Shown one piece after another: positions 31,257-41,555 of a stretch of DNA of 64,000 nucleotides. The notes beneath the pieces are model-generated. The model worked only from the letters and a program-made list of their open reading frames with translations. It was not told where the DNA came from and searched no databases. The stretch covers positions 266,289 to 330,288 of the forward strand of contig CAJINV010000026.1 in the NCBI GenBank assembly GCA_905178155.1, written 5' to 3'. This DNA comes from Amoebophrya sp. A120 (taxonomy: Eukaryota > Protista > Dinoflagellata). Position numbers and translations under genes: made by a program. Position 1 is the first letter of the stretch. Each line of letters starts with the position of its first letter.

Positions 31257-32642
31257 CTAGATGTTTTTTGTTGTGATGCTGGAGCATTCTTCCGCCAGCT
31301 CCGACAACGCAGACTCATCTAGATTTCTCCACGGTCCTTGTTCTTCATCTTCTTTTCGTGGCACCGCCAGGCACGCCTTGCCATTAGACAACACCACTTC
31401 CATGGAAGTTTCACACTTACTGAGCGAGCGAAGCACGGAGGGATGAGTCTGCCCTTGATGTATTACTTTCTCGCGCGGTTTTATTTTTATCGGAACCAAA
31501 TTTCTCGCCGCAGGCACGTAGTCCGAGGAAGCGCGTGCGTAAAAGCTAGAATTACTAGTGGACATATTGCTCGGCGGTTTCCAATCGCTACTGGATTCTT
31601 CAGAGTCTCCGCTTGAGGAAGAAGACAGCTTTTCGGAAGCTCTTCTTTCCGCTTTTAGTTCGGCTATCTTGTCCAATCTTTCCTTCAGCCAATCAATTTC
31701 TCTTCCCCGCTTCATTTCTTCTACTATTTCACCTTTCCAGCTGGAATACCGCTGCAGCAAATCCGTGTCCGATCCGAATTCAGAAGCCGTGGCGTCACCA
31801 TAACGGCCTCCGGACAGAGGGAGAGTCTTCGTATTTCTTGCTATTGGCTTCGGTCTAGACGCGGTAGAAGGCGCTACGCCTTCCTCGGAAGATACTACTG
31901 CAGGTCTGCGCGGAGTGTCATCATCCGCGCTACTATTACTTTCCCGCAATGCTTGGGACAGATCCGACGCAGCGGACAGCAATTCTTCTTGCTTTTCCTC
32001 TACATCCGCCCTTTTTCGATCTTGTTCATAGTCGCGATCCTGTGCTCCCTTTACTGACCCGGAGGACAAACCACTGAGAGAAAACCTATCTCCGTCTGGA
32101 AACACACCTCCTTGCTCCGACTCCTCTTGAATAGCCGGCATCGATGCAGTATTCATCCGCACTTTCTTCTTTGCCCGCGGCTTTGCCTTCTCTGAAGAGC
32201 TAGAACTGGTTTCCTCCTGCGGATCAGAACTGTGATCCGTGAGATTACTGACTGAGCTGGTTTCTTCCGACGAAAATGCTTCAAATCTTTTACGCAGATT
32301 CCTTTTTGCAGAAGCTGTTCCGGCGGCGGGTGGCATTTCAACCTTCCGCGTCGGTTTCGGCACTGTTCGTTTTGGAGCAGGAGGAGGCATTTGCTCACTA
32401 GACTCGGACACATCGGCATCACCTGAATCGTCGCGAAAAGAAACACGCGGACGCGGCACGGGCGGATCTGATCGCATATTTATTTGGTGCGTCATCTCCA
32501 TCCGAATCATCGTCATCATCCTGCTCGGTGTATCTTTCTCTCTCCGACTCTGATCCGCTGAGTCCTTCGCTTCGGGAAATATCTCCGTGCTCCGAAACGC
32601 CTGAAACAAGTTGCCCCGGTCCGAAATCCGGATACTCTGCAT
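31257..32642 (-). pseudogene. Low-complexity linker of pol between integrase and RT
   Basis: Ser/Glu/Lys-rich; overlaps the upstream ORF (frameshift at ~32450-32640) and is in frame with RT across a TAG at 31257. Confidence 0.6.
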
Positions 32643-35600
32643 CTTGTGGCTCGAATTCCTCTACCTCATCGGAAATCGAAACCTTCTGCCTTGATCGCCA
32701 ACGAAAAGTAGTCGGCATAATCTTGTCCGGATGTTTCAAGGAGAAACGCTGTTGCATTCGTTGCTTACTGCTGAGCTGCCTATTGCACTCGGGACAAGTG
32801 AACCGACCTAATCCAGCGCCGGCACCTGCGCCGCGGTTAGTAGAGGTTCCATCATCTACGAGACTACTCTGCCATCCGACTTTTGTTCGCCGCTCTAATT
32901 CTTCTGCAACTGGAGCTGTTGGAAAGAATTCCAACGGCCCAATTTCTGGATCTACTGCTGTCGTAATCACTGCAATATCTGCCCGTGAATAGTTTGCAAT
33001 GCGCGTCCCCACACGAACATCCGCACTTTCTGCATACTTCGCCGTAACTTCTCCACGATGATACTGCCGGAATTTACCATCAGCACGACGAACAAGAACT
33101 TGTTGTCCCGGAAGGATGGTTTCAAAATCCCGAGCACGCTGGTAGGAACGACCGGAAATCTCTGCTCTTCTCCCGAGGTTTTCCACATCGTGCATGCGGA
33201 TCTGTGCAGCGCACAGCTGCTGCACTTTCGCCCGATACAGCAAAAACCCCTCGACTTCCGTTGTATTACTCTCCATCAGCGTTTCTACGGCGTCAATGTG
33301 CCCGGTGTTACCCCGCGTAAAAGTGCCCGCATGCACATTGAACGGACAAAGCGCAGTACCGAGTATCGGCGAACTGTTCAGCTGAAAGCAAAGCTCTTGT
33401 AATACATCTTGTGCAAAAAGATGTCGGTCGAGAAAGAGACGGGAGTCCCCTGCTCGTTTTAGAGTGTCCTCGAGCAGACTGGGCAGGTAGGAATTTTGCT
33501 CCAATCCCCATAGTAACATCTCCAGCATCGGCTCGTAGGGTTCCGCGAGAAACTTTTGCTCGGTGCGCCGCGCCGTGGAGTTTGTTCTCTCCAATTTACT
33601 CAGCTTCCACGCGCTTTTAAAAGAAACCGGATGCGGCGCGACGTTTTTGCTCCGTAGCAGTTGGAAGAAGCGACTGCTCACAAATTCCCTTCCTTGATCA
33701 AAAATTATTTTCTCGCATACTCCGCGACAGAGAGTTTGCATTGCTAAAAAGCCACGGGCAGCGGCCGCTCCCCATCCGCCTGCTCCTGCATCCACAAGCA
33801 TGCCGACGCGCAAGCGCGACACGACATCGATGCACCACACTACTTTTCCTACTTTCGTGGTCAACGTATCGCAGATCCACACCTTATTGACGTCAGGGGC
33901 GAACTGCAGCAGCGACCCACGATTGCGGACTGCTTCTGTGCGGTCAAAAAGTCGACACTTCGGACATTGACTCCGCACATGTTGGATGTACTTGTGAATC
34001 TTCGGCTTCAACAGAATTCGCAGGCTAGCGGAGTGGCCGAGATTCTTGTGTTCCCGTATGACCCAGGCTTTTTCTGCCTCGGTGATTCCATGTGCAGACT
34101 CGTCTTCACCGACACTACTACTGCTGGTTTTTACTGAGGTGGTAGGTTCGGTAGACAAATTCAAATTGAGCGAATCCTCTCCGCCATAAGATAAGTACGC
34201 CGCTGCGTAGAACGACCGAGCCGCTACTGACGAGATTATCTTCTTTTCCTCCGGCTCTTGCGGGGGAGGATCGCTGTTCCTTGAAGACAAGGAAAAGCAT
34301 TCTGGTTGCTGTTCTAGTTCGGCGGCCTCCGGACAAAAAATTCCGTCCTCCTTGTCGGAATGTTCGTCGTATTCATTCCGCTTGTCTCCAATGTAAAAAC
34401 TGGTAGCTGTGTTGTCGGGGATAAGATGTTCATGATACTTATCCCAGTCACCGGAGGTAAATAAATATTCGTGATCTACTGCCGCAAAGCTGCTCAGACC
34501 GTTTTGCCAAAGGAATTCTGGTCCTTGGCTGTCAGGTGGAGGAGTGTCCGTAGGAACAAAAGCATCCGGAAAAAATATTTCTTCGTAGTTGAGCGTGGGA
34601 ACGGTCGCAAACACGCCGGTGGGCATAATCCGCCCCCTCATGCATTGCATGTCCAACAGCTCTTGTTCTTCTTGGGTGATTTTCGGACGAAATTGCTCGA
34701 CGATTGCTGCTGCCTGGTTTTCTAACCGTAGCAAACGCCATGCATTGCGTCTCTTAAGCTCTTCGTCGATAAAATTCGCCACCAGGTAGGAGTCCGAGAA
34801 TAACTGTTCCGGATCAGCTTCCCGCTTCTTTCTGAGTGACGCCGGCCTGACTGTTTTCGTTCTTTGTTCCTTCACTTGTTCTTTAGTCAAAAACTGCACT
34901 CTGACTCCGTCAACCCCATTGACCAAAGCCGATTCCTTCCAGCGGCCGGAGATGCGGAGCTTCGGTGTTTCGTAGCCGTGATCACTAGCAACTCCGTACC
35001 GCCGCCAAAATGGTTCTCCGAGAATGACAGGACACGTGCGTTGCGGCGTATCTTGAATGATTTCAAAACTGCCTTCGAAAATTTCATCGGAGAAGAAGTC
35101 AGGTAGGCGAAAATGAAGATTGATCCTCCTGCTTGCCGTCTTCGCTTCGGACGTGTCATCCGCATCTGCATGGATGGAGCCGAAGGAGACTGGATCAACT
35201 GGCTTGAAAACTTTACCACACTGTCCTAGCACTGGTAACAGACTGCCCGGGACCAACATGTGTGTGCTGCAGTTGTCGACAATGGCAAATCCACTGAATT
35301 TGTCTCCTCGCAGTTGTTTATTTTTTGCGTAAAATGCCGCCGCCGCATTTCGTGCTCTTTTTCCAACTACTCCCTGGTCTGGCACGAGCGGGAAGTCCTG
35401 CAAAGTCTTACTGGTCTGCGGATACTCACCGCCTTCCGGACGAGCGTAGGGAGCAATTCTGCGTAGAAGTTTTACACGGCCTGCCTGATCGCGCCGATAG
35501 TTAGTTCTTCTCCGATTTGTGCTCTCATAGTCGATGGAAGCGACGGTGTCCAATTCCACAATTACTACTTCTATTCGCGGAATATCTTCGCACCTCCACC

Positions 35601-35871
35601 ACTCTGCAAATTTGTAAATCAGCTGTTTGCACTCGTCCCAGACTCCGCCGCCTAAACCGCACCCGATAAACTTCGGGAAGCCGATCACAAATTCTTCTTC
35701 TCTGTTCTGCAAGAGTAGCGAAAGCTGCTGGTGGAGAGAACGCAGGGACTGCTCGAAAAGCAACAATCTTTCCGCTGGTCCGTCGTTCTTACTGGCGGCC
35801 CGCGCCCCAGGCGCCAGCTGTGCACTTAAATTGCACTCAAATTCTACTTGCTGATGACGCTGTTGCTCCAC
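32419..35871 (-). CDS. pol segment: macrodomain C-half, aspartic protease, integrase (HHCC + DDE), SH3/Tudor-like region, degenerate C2H2 finger
   Basis: PKFIGCGLGGGVW; AIVDNCST...ILGEPFW; HKNLGH...CPKC; WICDT, FDQGREF, KLERTN; FTCPECNRQLSSKQRMQQRFSLKH. Confidence 0.88.
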   Translation of the reverse strand: MEQQRHQQVEFECNLSAQLAPGARAASKNDGPAERLLLFEQSLRSLHQQLSLLLQNREEEFVIGFPKFIGCGLGGGVWDECKQLIYKFAEWWRCEDIPRIEVVIVELDTVASIDYESTNRRRTNYRRDQAGRVKLLRRIAPYARPEGGEYPQTSKTLQDFPLVPDQGVVGKRARNAAAAFYAKNKQLRGDKFSGFAIVDNCSTHMLVPGSLLPVLGQCGKVFKPVDPVSFGSIHADADDTSEAKTASRRINLHFRLPDFFSDEIFEGSFEIIQDTPQRTCPVILGEPFWRRYGVASDHGYETPKLRISGRWKESALVNGVDGVRVQFLTKEQVKEQRTKTVRPASLRKKREADPEQLFSDSYLVANFIDEELKRRNAWRLLRLENQAAAIVEQFRPKITQEEQELLDMQCMRGRIMPTGVFATVPTLNYEEIFFPDAFVPTDTPPPDSQGPEFLWQNGLSSFAAVDHEYLFTSGDWDKYHEHLIPDNTATSFYIGDKRNEYDEHSDKEDGIFCPEAAELEQQPECFSLSSRNSDPPPQEPEEKKIISSVAARSFYAAAYLSYGGEDSLNLNLSTEPTTSVKTSSSSVGEDESAHGITEAEKAWVIREHKNLGHSASLRILLKPKIHKYIQHVRSQCPKCRLFDRTEAVRNRGSLLQFAPDVNKVWICDTLTTKVGKVVWCIDVVSRLRVGMLVDAGAGGWGAAAARGFLAMQTLCRGVCEKIIFDQGREFVSSRFFQLLRSKNVAPHPVSFKSAWKLSKLERTNSTARRTEQKFLAEPYEPMLEMLLWGLEQNSYLPSLLEDTLKRAGDSRLFLDRHLFAQDVLQELCFQLNSSPILGTALCPFNVHAGTFTRGNTGHIDAVETLMESNTTEVEGFLLYRAKVQQLCAAQIRMHDVENLGRRAEISGRSYQRARDFETILPGQQVLVRRADGKFRQYHRGEVTAKYAESADVRVGTRIANYSRADIAVITTAVDPEIGPLEFFPTAPVAEELERRTKVGWQSSLVDDGTSTNRGAGAGAGLGRFTCPECNRQLSSKQRMQQRFSLKHPDKIMPTTFRWRSRQKVSISDEVEEFEPQDAEYPDFGPGQLVSGVSEHGDISRSEGLSGSESERERYTEQDDDDDSDGDDAPNKYAIRSARAASACFFSRRFR

Positions 35872-35934
35872 ACAAAAGATATCTGCTTTACCGGGTTCTC
35901 GTACTTGTCGGTAGGTGTTTGTGTTCGGAAAAAT

Positions 35935-37140
35935 TTAGAACATTGCTCGTGCCAAGCCCGCTGCTTGTCCGTCCTGCGCCAGGGTGTTCGTCTGGTGCAC
36001 CAGGGCGTGCAAATCGCACTCGGACAGCAAATTACCTTCTCTTTCTTCGACGAGGTTGGAATGGACATCGCTCCGTGGAAGATACGGAAAGTGCTGGTCG
36101 GTGTTCATGCATGATCTCACGATCATCAACGCAATACCAGCCGCGTTAGAACCAGTCCAGACGCATGCGCCATGCACTTCGTCTGCTGACAACCCACAAT
36201 GGACATCGGGCCAGTTGGACACGTTGAGAATTGTTCGCCTGCCGGTAGAGACCAAGCGACCCGCTACATCTTTTTGGAGGATAGCTTTCTCGTATTGCCT
36301 TCGAAAGTACCGGATGAAATTCTCTTCAGCGGTGTCCGTGGAGGAAAAAGCGTTTACTTCTCGTCCCAGCACGATTAGTTCTTTTGCAGTGCTGCCTTCT
36401 TCCTCTTCTCCCGGAAGAATCGACTCGTCGTCCAAAACTCCTACTGCTAAAGCGAACGGCGCCTTGTAGTAGTTTGAAAGAAGTCTCTTCCTCCGCAGCA
36501 CCTCCTCGTTGCTAATCGGTACAAAGAAAACAGGAGACGCAGAGGCATGCGATTCTGTTTCCTCCGATTCTTCCAGCGGCTGAAACTGATTGTAGCTCTG
36601 TGGCGGCGTCTTTTCCGTATCCTGCTTGGATGACGCATTCGCGTGTTCTTCTTTCGACAAGGAACCGGCAGAAGAGCCGGTAGTAGCTCTTTCTGATTCG
36701 CTTAAAACTCGACTACTGTTGCTGCTGCGCATAACCACATCCGCCGAGGCTGGCTGCGCCGCAGGTTCTGACACGCTGCCCAAAATGGGACTTACAACGT
36801 CGGTGCCCAAAATGGGACTTTCAGAATTGCCCAAAATGGGACTTATGGAAGACTGTTGCGCCGGCGGTTCCGACGGATCAGACCGGCTAGCTTTACTCGA
36901 GGTAGGGCCACTTACTTTACTACTCTTTACATTTTGATCTGACTCCATGACATGGTCGGACTGTTGCTGTGATTCTGTCTGTTCTGCTTTCTTTCCGTCT
37001 GAAACTTTTACTTTCAAACTCATGCCGATCTCGATTTCTTTGTCGTCGCCGGTGGAAATGGTGACTGGTACTTTTCTTGTTGTACTTCTCGTTGCGTAGG
37101 AAGATGATGAAGAAAAATCGGAGCTGTTTTTCTGAGTCAC
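35935..37140 (-). CDS. Polyprotein segment between gag and protease, ending in the macrodomain N-half
   Basis: EGNLLSECDLHALVHQTN...AAGLARAMF; in frame with gag (TGA at 37210) and with the downstream ORF (TAA at 35935); a short SPILG x3 repeat. Confidence 0.7.
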   Translation of the reverse strand: MTQKNSSDFSSSSSYATRSTTRKVPVTISTGDDKEIEIGMSLKVKVSDGKKAEQTESQQQSDHVMESDQNVKSSKVSGPTSSKASRSDPSEPPAQQSSISPILGNSESPILGTDVVSPILGSVSEPAAQPASADVVMRSSNSSRVLSESERATTGSSAGSLSKEEHANASSKQDTEKTPPQSYNQFQPLEESEETESHASASPVFFVPISNEEVLRRKRLLSNYYKAPFALAVGVLDDESILPGEEEEGSTAKELIVLGREVNAFSSTDTAEENFIRYFRRQYEKAILQKDVAGRLVSTGRRTILNVSNWPDVHCGLSADEVHGACVWTGSNAAGIALMIVRSCMNTDQHFPYLPRSDVHSNLVEEREGNLLSECDLHALVHQTNTLAQDGQAAGLARAMF

Positions 37141-37209
37141 ATACTCCTCTCCCGCGGTCTGACTCTGACCAGATGACAGCGAGCTGTCATGCGGGTGGGG
37201 TAATGAGAT

Positions 37210-39090
37210 TCACTTCTTTCCACCTCCCTTTTTGCCACCACCCTTGGCCTGCTCATCCTTACGCTTCTTGGCGGCCTCCTGCGACAAACGCTGACTCTCC
37301 TTGTACACACGAGCGGCTTCCTCCGGTCCGACGCGCTGCTCAAATTTCTCCTTCATTGTCTTGTACTCTGCAGGAGCGTGGTAAAACTTGCACCGGCCCG
37401 TCTGCTCAATCTTCTTACAGCGGCCGCGCAGTTCGCTCCACAGCTTACCGTCGGCTTCCAGAGCAGCACCCTGCGGGACAACACGTCCGTGGTTGTTGGA
37501 ATCGGTTCCGCCCGCACCATAATAGGAAGACGGACGATCATCGCCCTTCTTATTCCGGTAATAGTTGCTGTTGTGGTTGTAGCGCCGATAACCCAACTCC
37601 ATGAGTTTTTTCTGGGCGTCGTCTTCCCGATTTCCCGTTTCTCCGATCAGGGAGAGAGGGTCGGTTAACGCGGAGTTTTCGTCTTTCCCCGCCGGAATAG
37701 TCGAGTCTTCGCGTCGTTTTTCGTCGTAAGTGTACCGAGCAGAGTCGGCACACACGCGCTCCACTTCTTCAACGAAAGCATCGTAGTCGTATTGCAAATC
37801 CCGGATCCGGTGACTATTCAAAAGCTGGCGGGTTATGTGCGAAATACACAGCCCGCGCAATGCGATTTCAATTTTCGAATTATCGGATCTCTTACTCCCC
37901 GTGAGTTCCAACTCGCGATCAAATATCACACCCAAAAGACCTACGAATTCCTTTGGATGGAGACCATCCGGACGCACCACCATGGGAAGTTTGTTCTCGA
38001 TGCCAGCCTGTACACCCTCGCGTCGCAACGAGTAGCGTTGTTGGAGGATGATCATTTTGTCGGATAAATTCGGCCCCGACCGATCGGCAAGCGCATGACG
38101 CACGGGAGCGTTGCCAAAGGAACCCAACGCCACCTTTTCGGCCAGCTTGATCCGATCCACTCCCGGAAGACGCAGGAGCGTGCTCGCCCACGTGAACATT
38201 TGGGAATTCCAGCGCCGCAAGGAAATGATGTTCAACTTTGGCGGTTGTTCCAAGGTACGCAATTCTACCTTTTCGAGTTCGTTCAGCGTGGTCTTGCCCG
38301 GTTGCGGCTTGATGTCCCGGAGAGACGCCCAGCCCAACTGGTCCACTCTCTCTTCTCCCCTCTGGTCAAACTTCGACTTCCGGTTCCCCTCGACTTCTTC
38401 CAGCCGACTGGCTAGCAGCTCGCACTTCTGATTGTTTTGGTTCAACAAATCCTGCAGCTCGGGCGACAAATTCAGTGCCGCGGCGGCATGCGAGATCGAG
38501 CCCGGAGATGTAGAAGACGGAGTACCGGCTTTGTTGTTCAGCACAGCTTCTTCGATCGGAAAAAGCTTCCGCGGAGCGACAAGCTCCGGAGACGAAGGAG
38601 CGGTCTCGCGCAGCAGGCCGGGCGGAGAACGGATGTCCCCTTTTCCGCTGGAAGCGAACACTCCATCAAAAAGATTACCGTCGTAATCTTCCGCTCCGTA
38701 CACCGCGGCCGTTTCTTTCCCGGGCGAATTAACGTCCAGGCCGCCGCGCGTTTTCCATTCTTCTTTCGAGTAATGGACTGGAGTCAAAGTTTCTCCCGAG
38801 TGCGCGCGACGATGTTTCTCCATCGCGGCTTCGACCAACCTTTGCAACTCCTCATCGCGTGCTTTCTTCTTCTCCTTCTCCTTTATTTGATACACCTGCG
38901 CACTGCAGATGCGACTAATGAAATCGAAGCAACAGGTTGCCACTTTGTTACTTTTACTGGTGGAAAGTTGTAGCTTGCGAAGTTGTTTTTTGAAGTTGTA
39001 AAGCAGCGGGACACAGAAGAAAAATCCACACGGATTTCGGGACGCTGAAGGAGGTAGCTTTTTTTCACAAATGTTCCGGCTGTCTTCCAC
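37210..39090 (-). CDS. Gag-like protein (copia-type capsid region, C-terminal Cys/His finger-like motif, basic tail)
   Basis: Position upstream of PR; W..M..W...L.QRY...FV...G..D..I.I.LRGL pattern resembling copia Gag; CKKIEQTGRCKFYH. Confidence 0.7.
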   Translation of the reverse strand: MEDSRNICEKKLPPSASRNPCGFFFCVPLLYNFKKQLRKLQLSTSKSNKVATCCFDFISRICSAQVYQIKEKEKKKARDEELQRLVEAAMEKHRRAHSGETLTPVHYSKEEWKTRGGLDVNSPGKETAAVYGAEDYDGNLFDGVFASSGKGDIRSPPGLLRETAPSSPELVAPRKLFPIEEAVLNNKAGTPSSTSPGSISHAAAALNLSPELQDLLNQNNQKCELLASRLEEVEGNRKSKFDQRGEERVDQLGWASLRDIKPQPGKTTLNELEKVELRTLEQPPKLNIISLRRWNSQMFTWASTLLRLPGVDRIKLAEKVALGSFGNAPVRHALADRSGPNLSDKMIILQQRYSLRREGVQAGIENKLPMVVRPDGLHPKEFVGLLGVIFDRELELTGSKRSDNSKIEIALRGLCISHITRQLLNSHRIRDLQYDYDAFVEEVERVCADSARYTYDEKRREDSTIPAGKDENSALTDPLSLIGETGNREDDAQKKLMELGYRRYNHNSNYYRNKKGDDRPSSYYGAGGTDSNNHGRVVPQGAALEADGKLWSELRGRCKKIEQTGRCKFYHAPAEYKTMKEKFEQRVGPEEAARVYKESQRLSQEAAKKRKDEQAKGGGKKGGGKK

Positions 39091-39214
39091 TGTAGTTGTA
39101 TGCTTTACTGTTGGCTTTCCTGGTACGAGCCGACTGCTTGTTCTAGTTGAGGACGTACCGAAAGTCCCTTTTTGTTCTGCACGGTGTGTACGAAATTACT
39201 GGACGAAACCGAAA

Positions 39215-40075
39215 TCAGCCTGCGCTGAGATAGCCTTCTGAATCTGTGCGACTACTTTCGCTAGGTTGAAATTGCACGTGGCGGCGCTCGTATTCCAGCG
39301 GGTACAGTCCACGACGAACGACGTCAGGGCAGAGGTAGAAGCCGTCAAGTGCGTCTTGTAGACCGACAAACGGAGCGCCACTGTTACGAAGGTAGTTGAA
39401 GTATCGGCTTCTATTCAGATCGCCGAATCCGCTTTCTGCTTCTGGACGAGTAAGAGGATCCGCTATGCCGTCAAAATTTTCTTCCTCCGGTTGGTTGTTG
39501 TAAACCGTACGGAAACCGGGACGAGGCGTTACCGGGCGAATGCACCGGTAAGCCACGAAATTCAGGTCGTGGGGCTTTGTCCAGGCGTAGTATCCGTGGC
39601 GGTTTTTATTAGACGGATGGTTCTTGTTGAGGACGATCAAGCAACTCTTCGAAAAGAACGCAGTATGCTGATGGTTGCAGGCAAATGCAGCTTCTTCCTC
39701 CGGCAGGATTTGTTTTGCGCTGTGTGTCGGAAGTAATTCTGCGCATTCCAGTAGAGCGACCGTGACCAGCTTCTTCTTGCCTTCTCCTCTTCTAGGACGC
39801 AGCTGCGGTAGAACTACTAGAGCTTCTACTCCGGACGAGTGCAAAAATTGCAGGATGTGCGTGCCCAGAATTGTTTCGTAATTTCCTACTGTTCCGACCA
39901 AGGACCTGGCTGCAAAACCGGACTTCAAATATTCCTGCGGTCCTGTTTTAGCAAGACCAGCGGGAAGCTGGTGTCGACGGTGCTGGTGCAGATCGTGAAG
40001 CTGTTTAAAGGCAGGGCTCTCGCAAAGGCAACAAACTGGCTCGTTAATTTCTGCCGTAAGGGCTAAATTACCCAT
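39215..40075 (-). CDS. Accessory ORF of the retroelement, unknown function
   Basis: 286-aa ATG-initiated, complex-composition ORF packed tightly and co-oriented with its neighbours. Confidence 0.55.
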   Translation of the reverse strand: MGNLALTAEINEPVCCLCESPAFKQLHDLHQHRRHQLPAGLAKTGPQEYLKSGFAARSLVGTVGNYETILGTHILQFLHSSGVEALVVLPQLRPRRGEGKKKLVTVALLECAELLPTHSAKQILPEEEAAFACNHQHTAFFSKSCLIVLNKNHPSNKNRHGYYAWTKPHDLNFVAYRCIRPVTPRPGFRTVYNNQPEEENFDGIADPLTRPEAESGFGDLNRSRYFNYLRNSGAPFVGLQDALDGFYLCPDVVRRGLYPLEYERRHVQFQPSESSRTDSEGYLSAG

Positions 40076-40090
40076 GCGCTACTGCCGCTC

Positions 40091-40606
40091 CTAGTTCTCT
40101 GGCTCGGGTTCAAAATTCCAGCTGCGGCACGCAGTCGCGTTTTTGTATCCGGATAGGGAGAACGGGTGCGCTTTGTACCGGTCTGCTTGTAGAATTCGCT
40201 TCGTAGGAATGTGCTGCGGAGTCAATTCTACTTCTTGGGCGGTTGGTCCTAGCGAGATATCCAGGAAGTTGCATTTCTCGTCGAGCTTGACGTTGCAAAA
40301 AGCGTAGTGCAAGCTGCCGGCGCGGCTGAACCAAACTGCTAGTGGTGCGAAGCGAGCGGCAATTCGAATCTCCAAGAAGTGAAATGCAGCGAGACACTCC
40401 TCGGCGTAGAATCGTTCAAGGGATTTCTGCTTTCTCCTATCTTCGTTCCTCCACCGGAGATGTTCACAGCCCCCGGACTGACAACGAAGGACACAGAGTT
40501 CGTGCTGGATTGTATCTAGGATCCAGATGGCGTTTTTCTTTCTTCTTCCGGTTTTATCTTTCACCCACTGGCTCAACGGTTTTTCACCAACTATCTCCCA
40601 CCACAT
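40091..40606 (-). CDS. Accessory ORF, possible Cys/His metal site
   Basis: 171 aa; CVLRCQSGGCEH; starts 8 nt after the RING ORF stop. Confidence 0.5.
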   Translation of the reverse strand: MWWEIVGEKPLSQWVKDKTGRRKKNAIWILDTIQHELCVLRCQSGGCEHLRWRNEDRRKQKSLERFYAEECLAAFHFLEIRIAARFAPLAVWFSRAGSLHYAFCNVKLDEKCNFLDISLGPTAQEVELTPQHIPTKRILQADRYKAHPFSLSGYKNATACRSWNFEPEPEN

Positions 40607-40613
40607 AAAAGGT

Positions 40614-41555
40614 TCAAGCCGTAAAGTTTTGTACTAAACTATTGACCAACTCTCTACAAATCGGACAGCGCGCGTCGTGTTGCAAAGCCCGCTCCGCGCA
40701 AGGAATACAACAGACGGCATGTCCCGTGCGACCGTGTACGAATGTGGCGTCGGACTCAACTTCCATACACACAATGCATGGACTATGCAGTCGGTGTGAT
40801 GCAGTAGAGTGGGCAGGAGACGGCGGCGGAATCGGAGTGCGGTACTGGTTCAGCGCAGAGCTGTTGTTGTTTACTTGTCTCGGTGAAGTCAAGCCCTGCA
40901 CTACTCGGCTGAAAAAACCCCCGCGAGACGGAGATGATTGCTCGATTCCGTTTAAAGAGCTGGCAGCTTCAGGCAAGGCTGGAACAGGATTCGAACTGCT
41001 GCTGCTCTGTTCCTGACGCTGTTGTTCTTGTCGTGCACGAAGATCGGCAATCAAAATGCGCTGTCTCTCGATAGCGGCCTGGTTGTCCCGAAGCGGTTGG
41101 TCAGACAGACGAGCGGCTTGTTGCTGTAAGCCGAAAGCTTCCTGTAGAAACTGTGCTGCTCGGCCGTTTTGGAAATGGAGGACTCTTGCTTGACGGTTTC
41201 GCTCCTGTTCTAATTCCTGCAAGCGAGTAAACTGACGATCAGCCAAATTTTCTATTGTTGTCTCCGTCGTGACGTCTTGTACCGGATTTTCCACCGCGGC
41301 TTCCTCGGCAATAGCAGCGATTCTGTCGCGCGGAGTGTATTCGGGTTCTTCACGGCGCGGCAAAATTGTTCTCCAGGAAGGGTCTCTTCGTTCGCGCTGC
41401 AGACGGTGTCTCTCGCTCTCCTGGTTTATTTCAAAAAGTGTCCGTGGATTTTGTTGATTTCCCCAGAATGCGGGAAGACGGTCTGCCGGTCCTGGTACTG
41501 CTCTGTCTGCTCTGCTCGGTGTTACGACTTGACAAAAGCGCGGATGCTCGTACAA
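40614..41555 (-). CDS. Accessory coiled-coil protein with a C-terminal Mdm2-type RING finger (putative E3 ligase)
   Basis: CIVC...FVHGRTGHAVCCIPCA...CPICR at the extreme C-terminus matches the C2H2C4 RING pattern of Mdm2/MdmX. Confidence 0.82.
   Translation of the reverse strand: MYEHPRFCQVVTPSRADRAVPGPADRLPAFWGNQQNPRTLFEINQESERHRLQRERRDPSWRTILPRREEPEYTPRDRIAAIAEEAAVENPVQDVTTETTIENLADRQFTRLQELEQERNRQARVLHFQNGRAAQFLQEAFGLQQQAARLSDQPLRDNQAAIERQRILIADLRARQEQQRQEQSSSSSNPVPALPEAASSLNGIEQSSPSRGGFFSRVVQGLTSPRQVNNNSSALNQYRTPIPPPSPAHSTASHRLHSPCIVCMEVESDATFVHGRTGHAVCCIPCAERALQHDARCPICRELVNSLVQNFTA

Noticed and set aside
29046-37212. Stop-codon reassignment (reported for one Amoebophrya strain) as an explanation for in-frame TGA/TAA/TAG in pol
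   Set aside because: Host exons over 1 kb have no internal stops, and the element also has a frameshift and a dead RT motif. Mutational decay is the simpler explanation.
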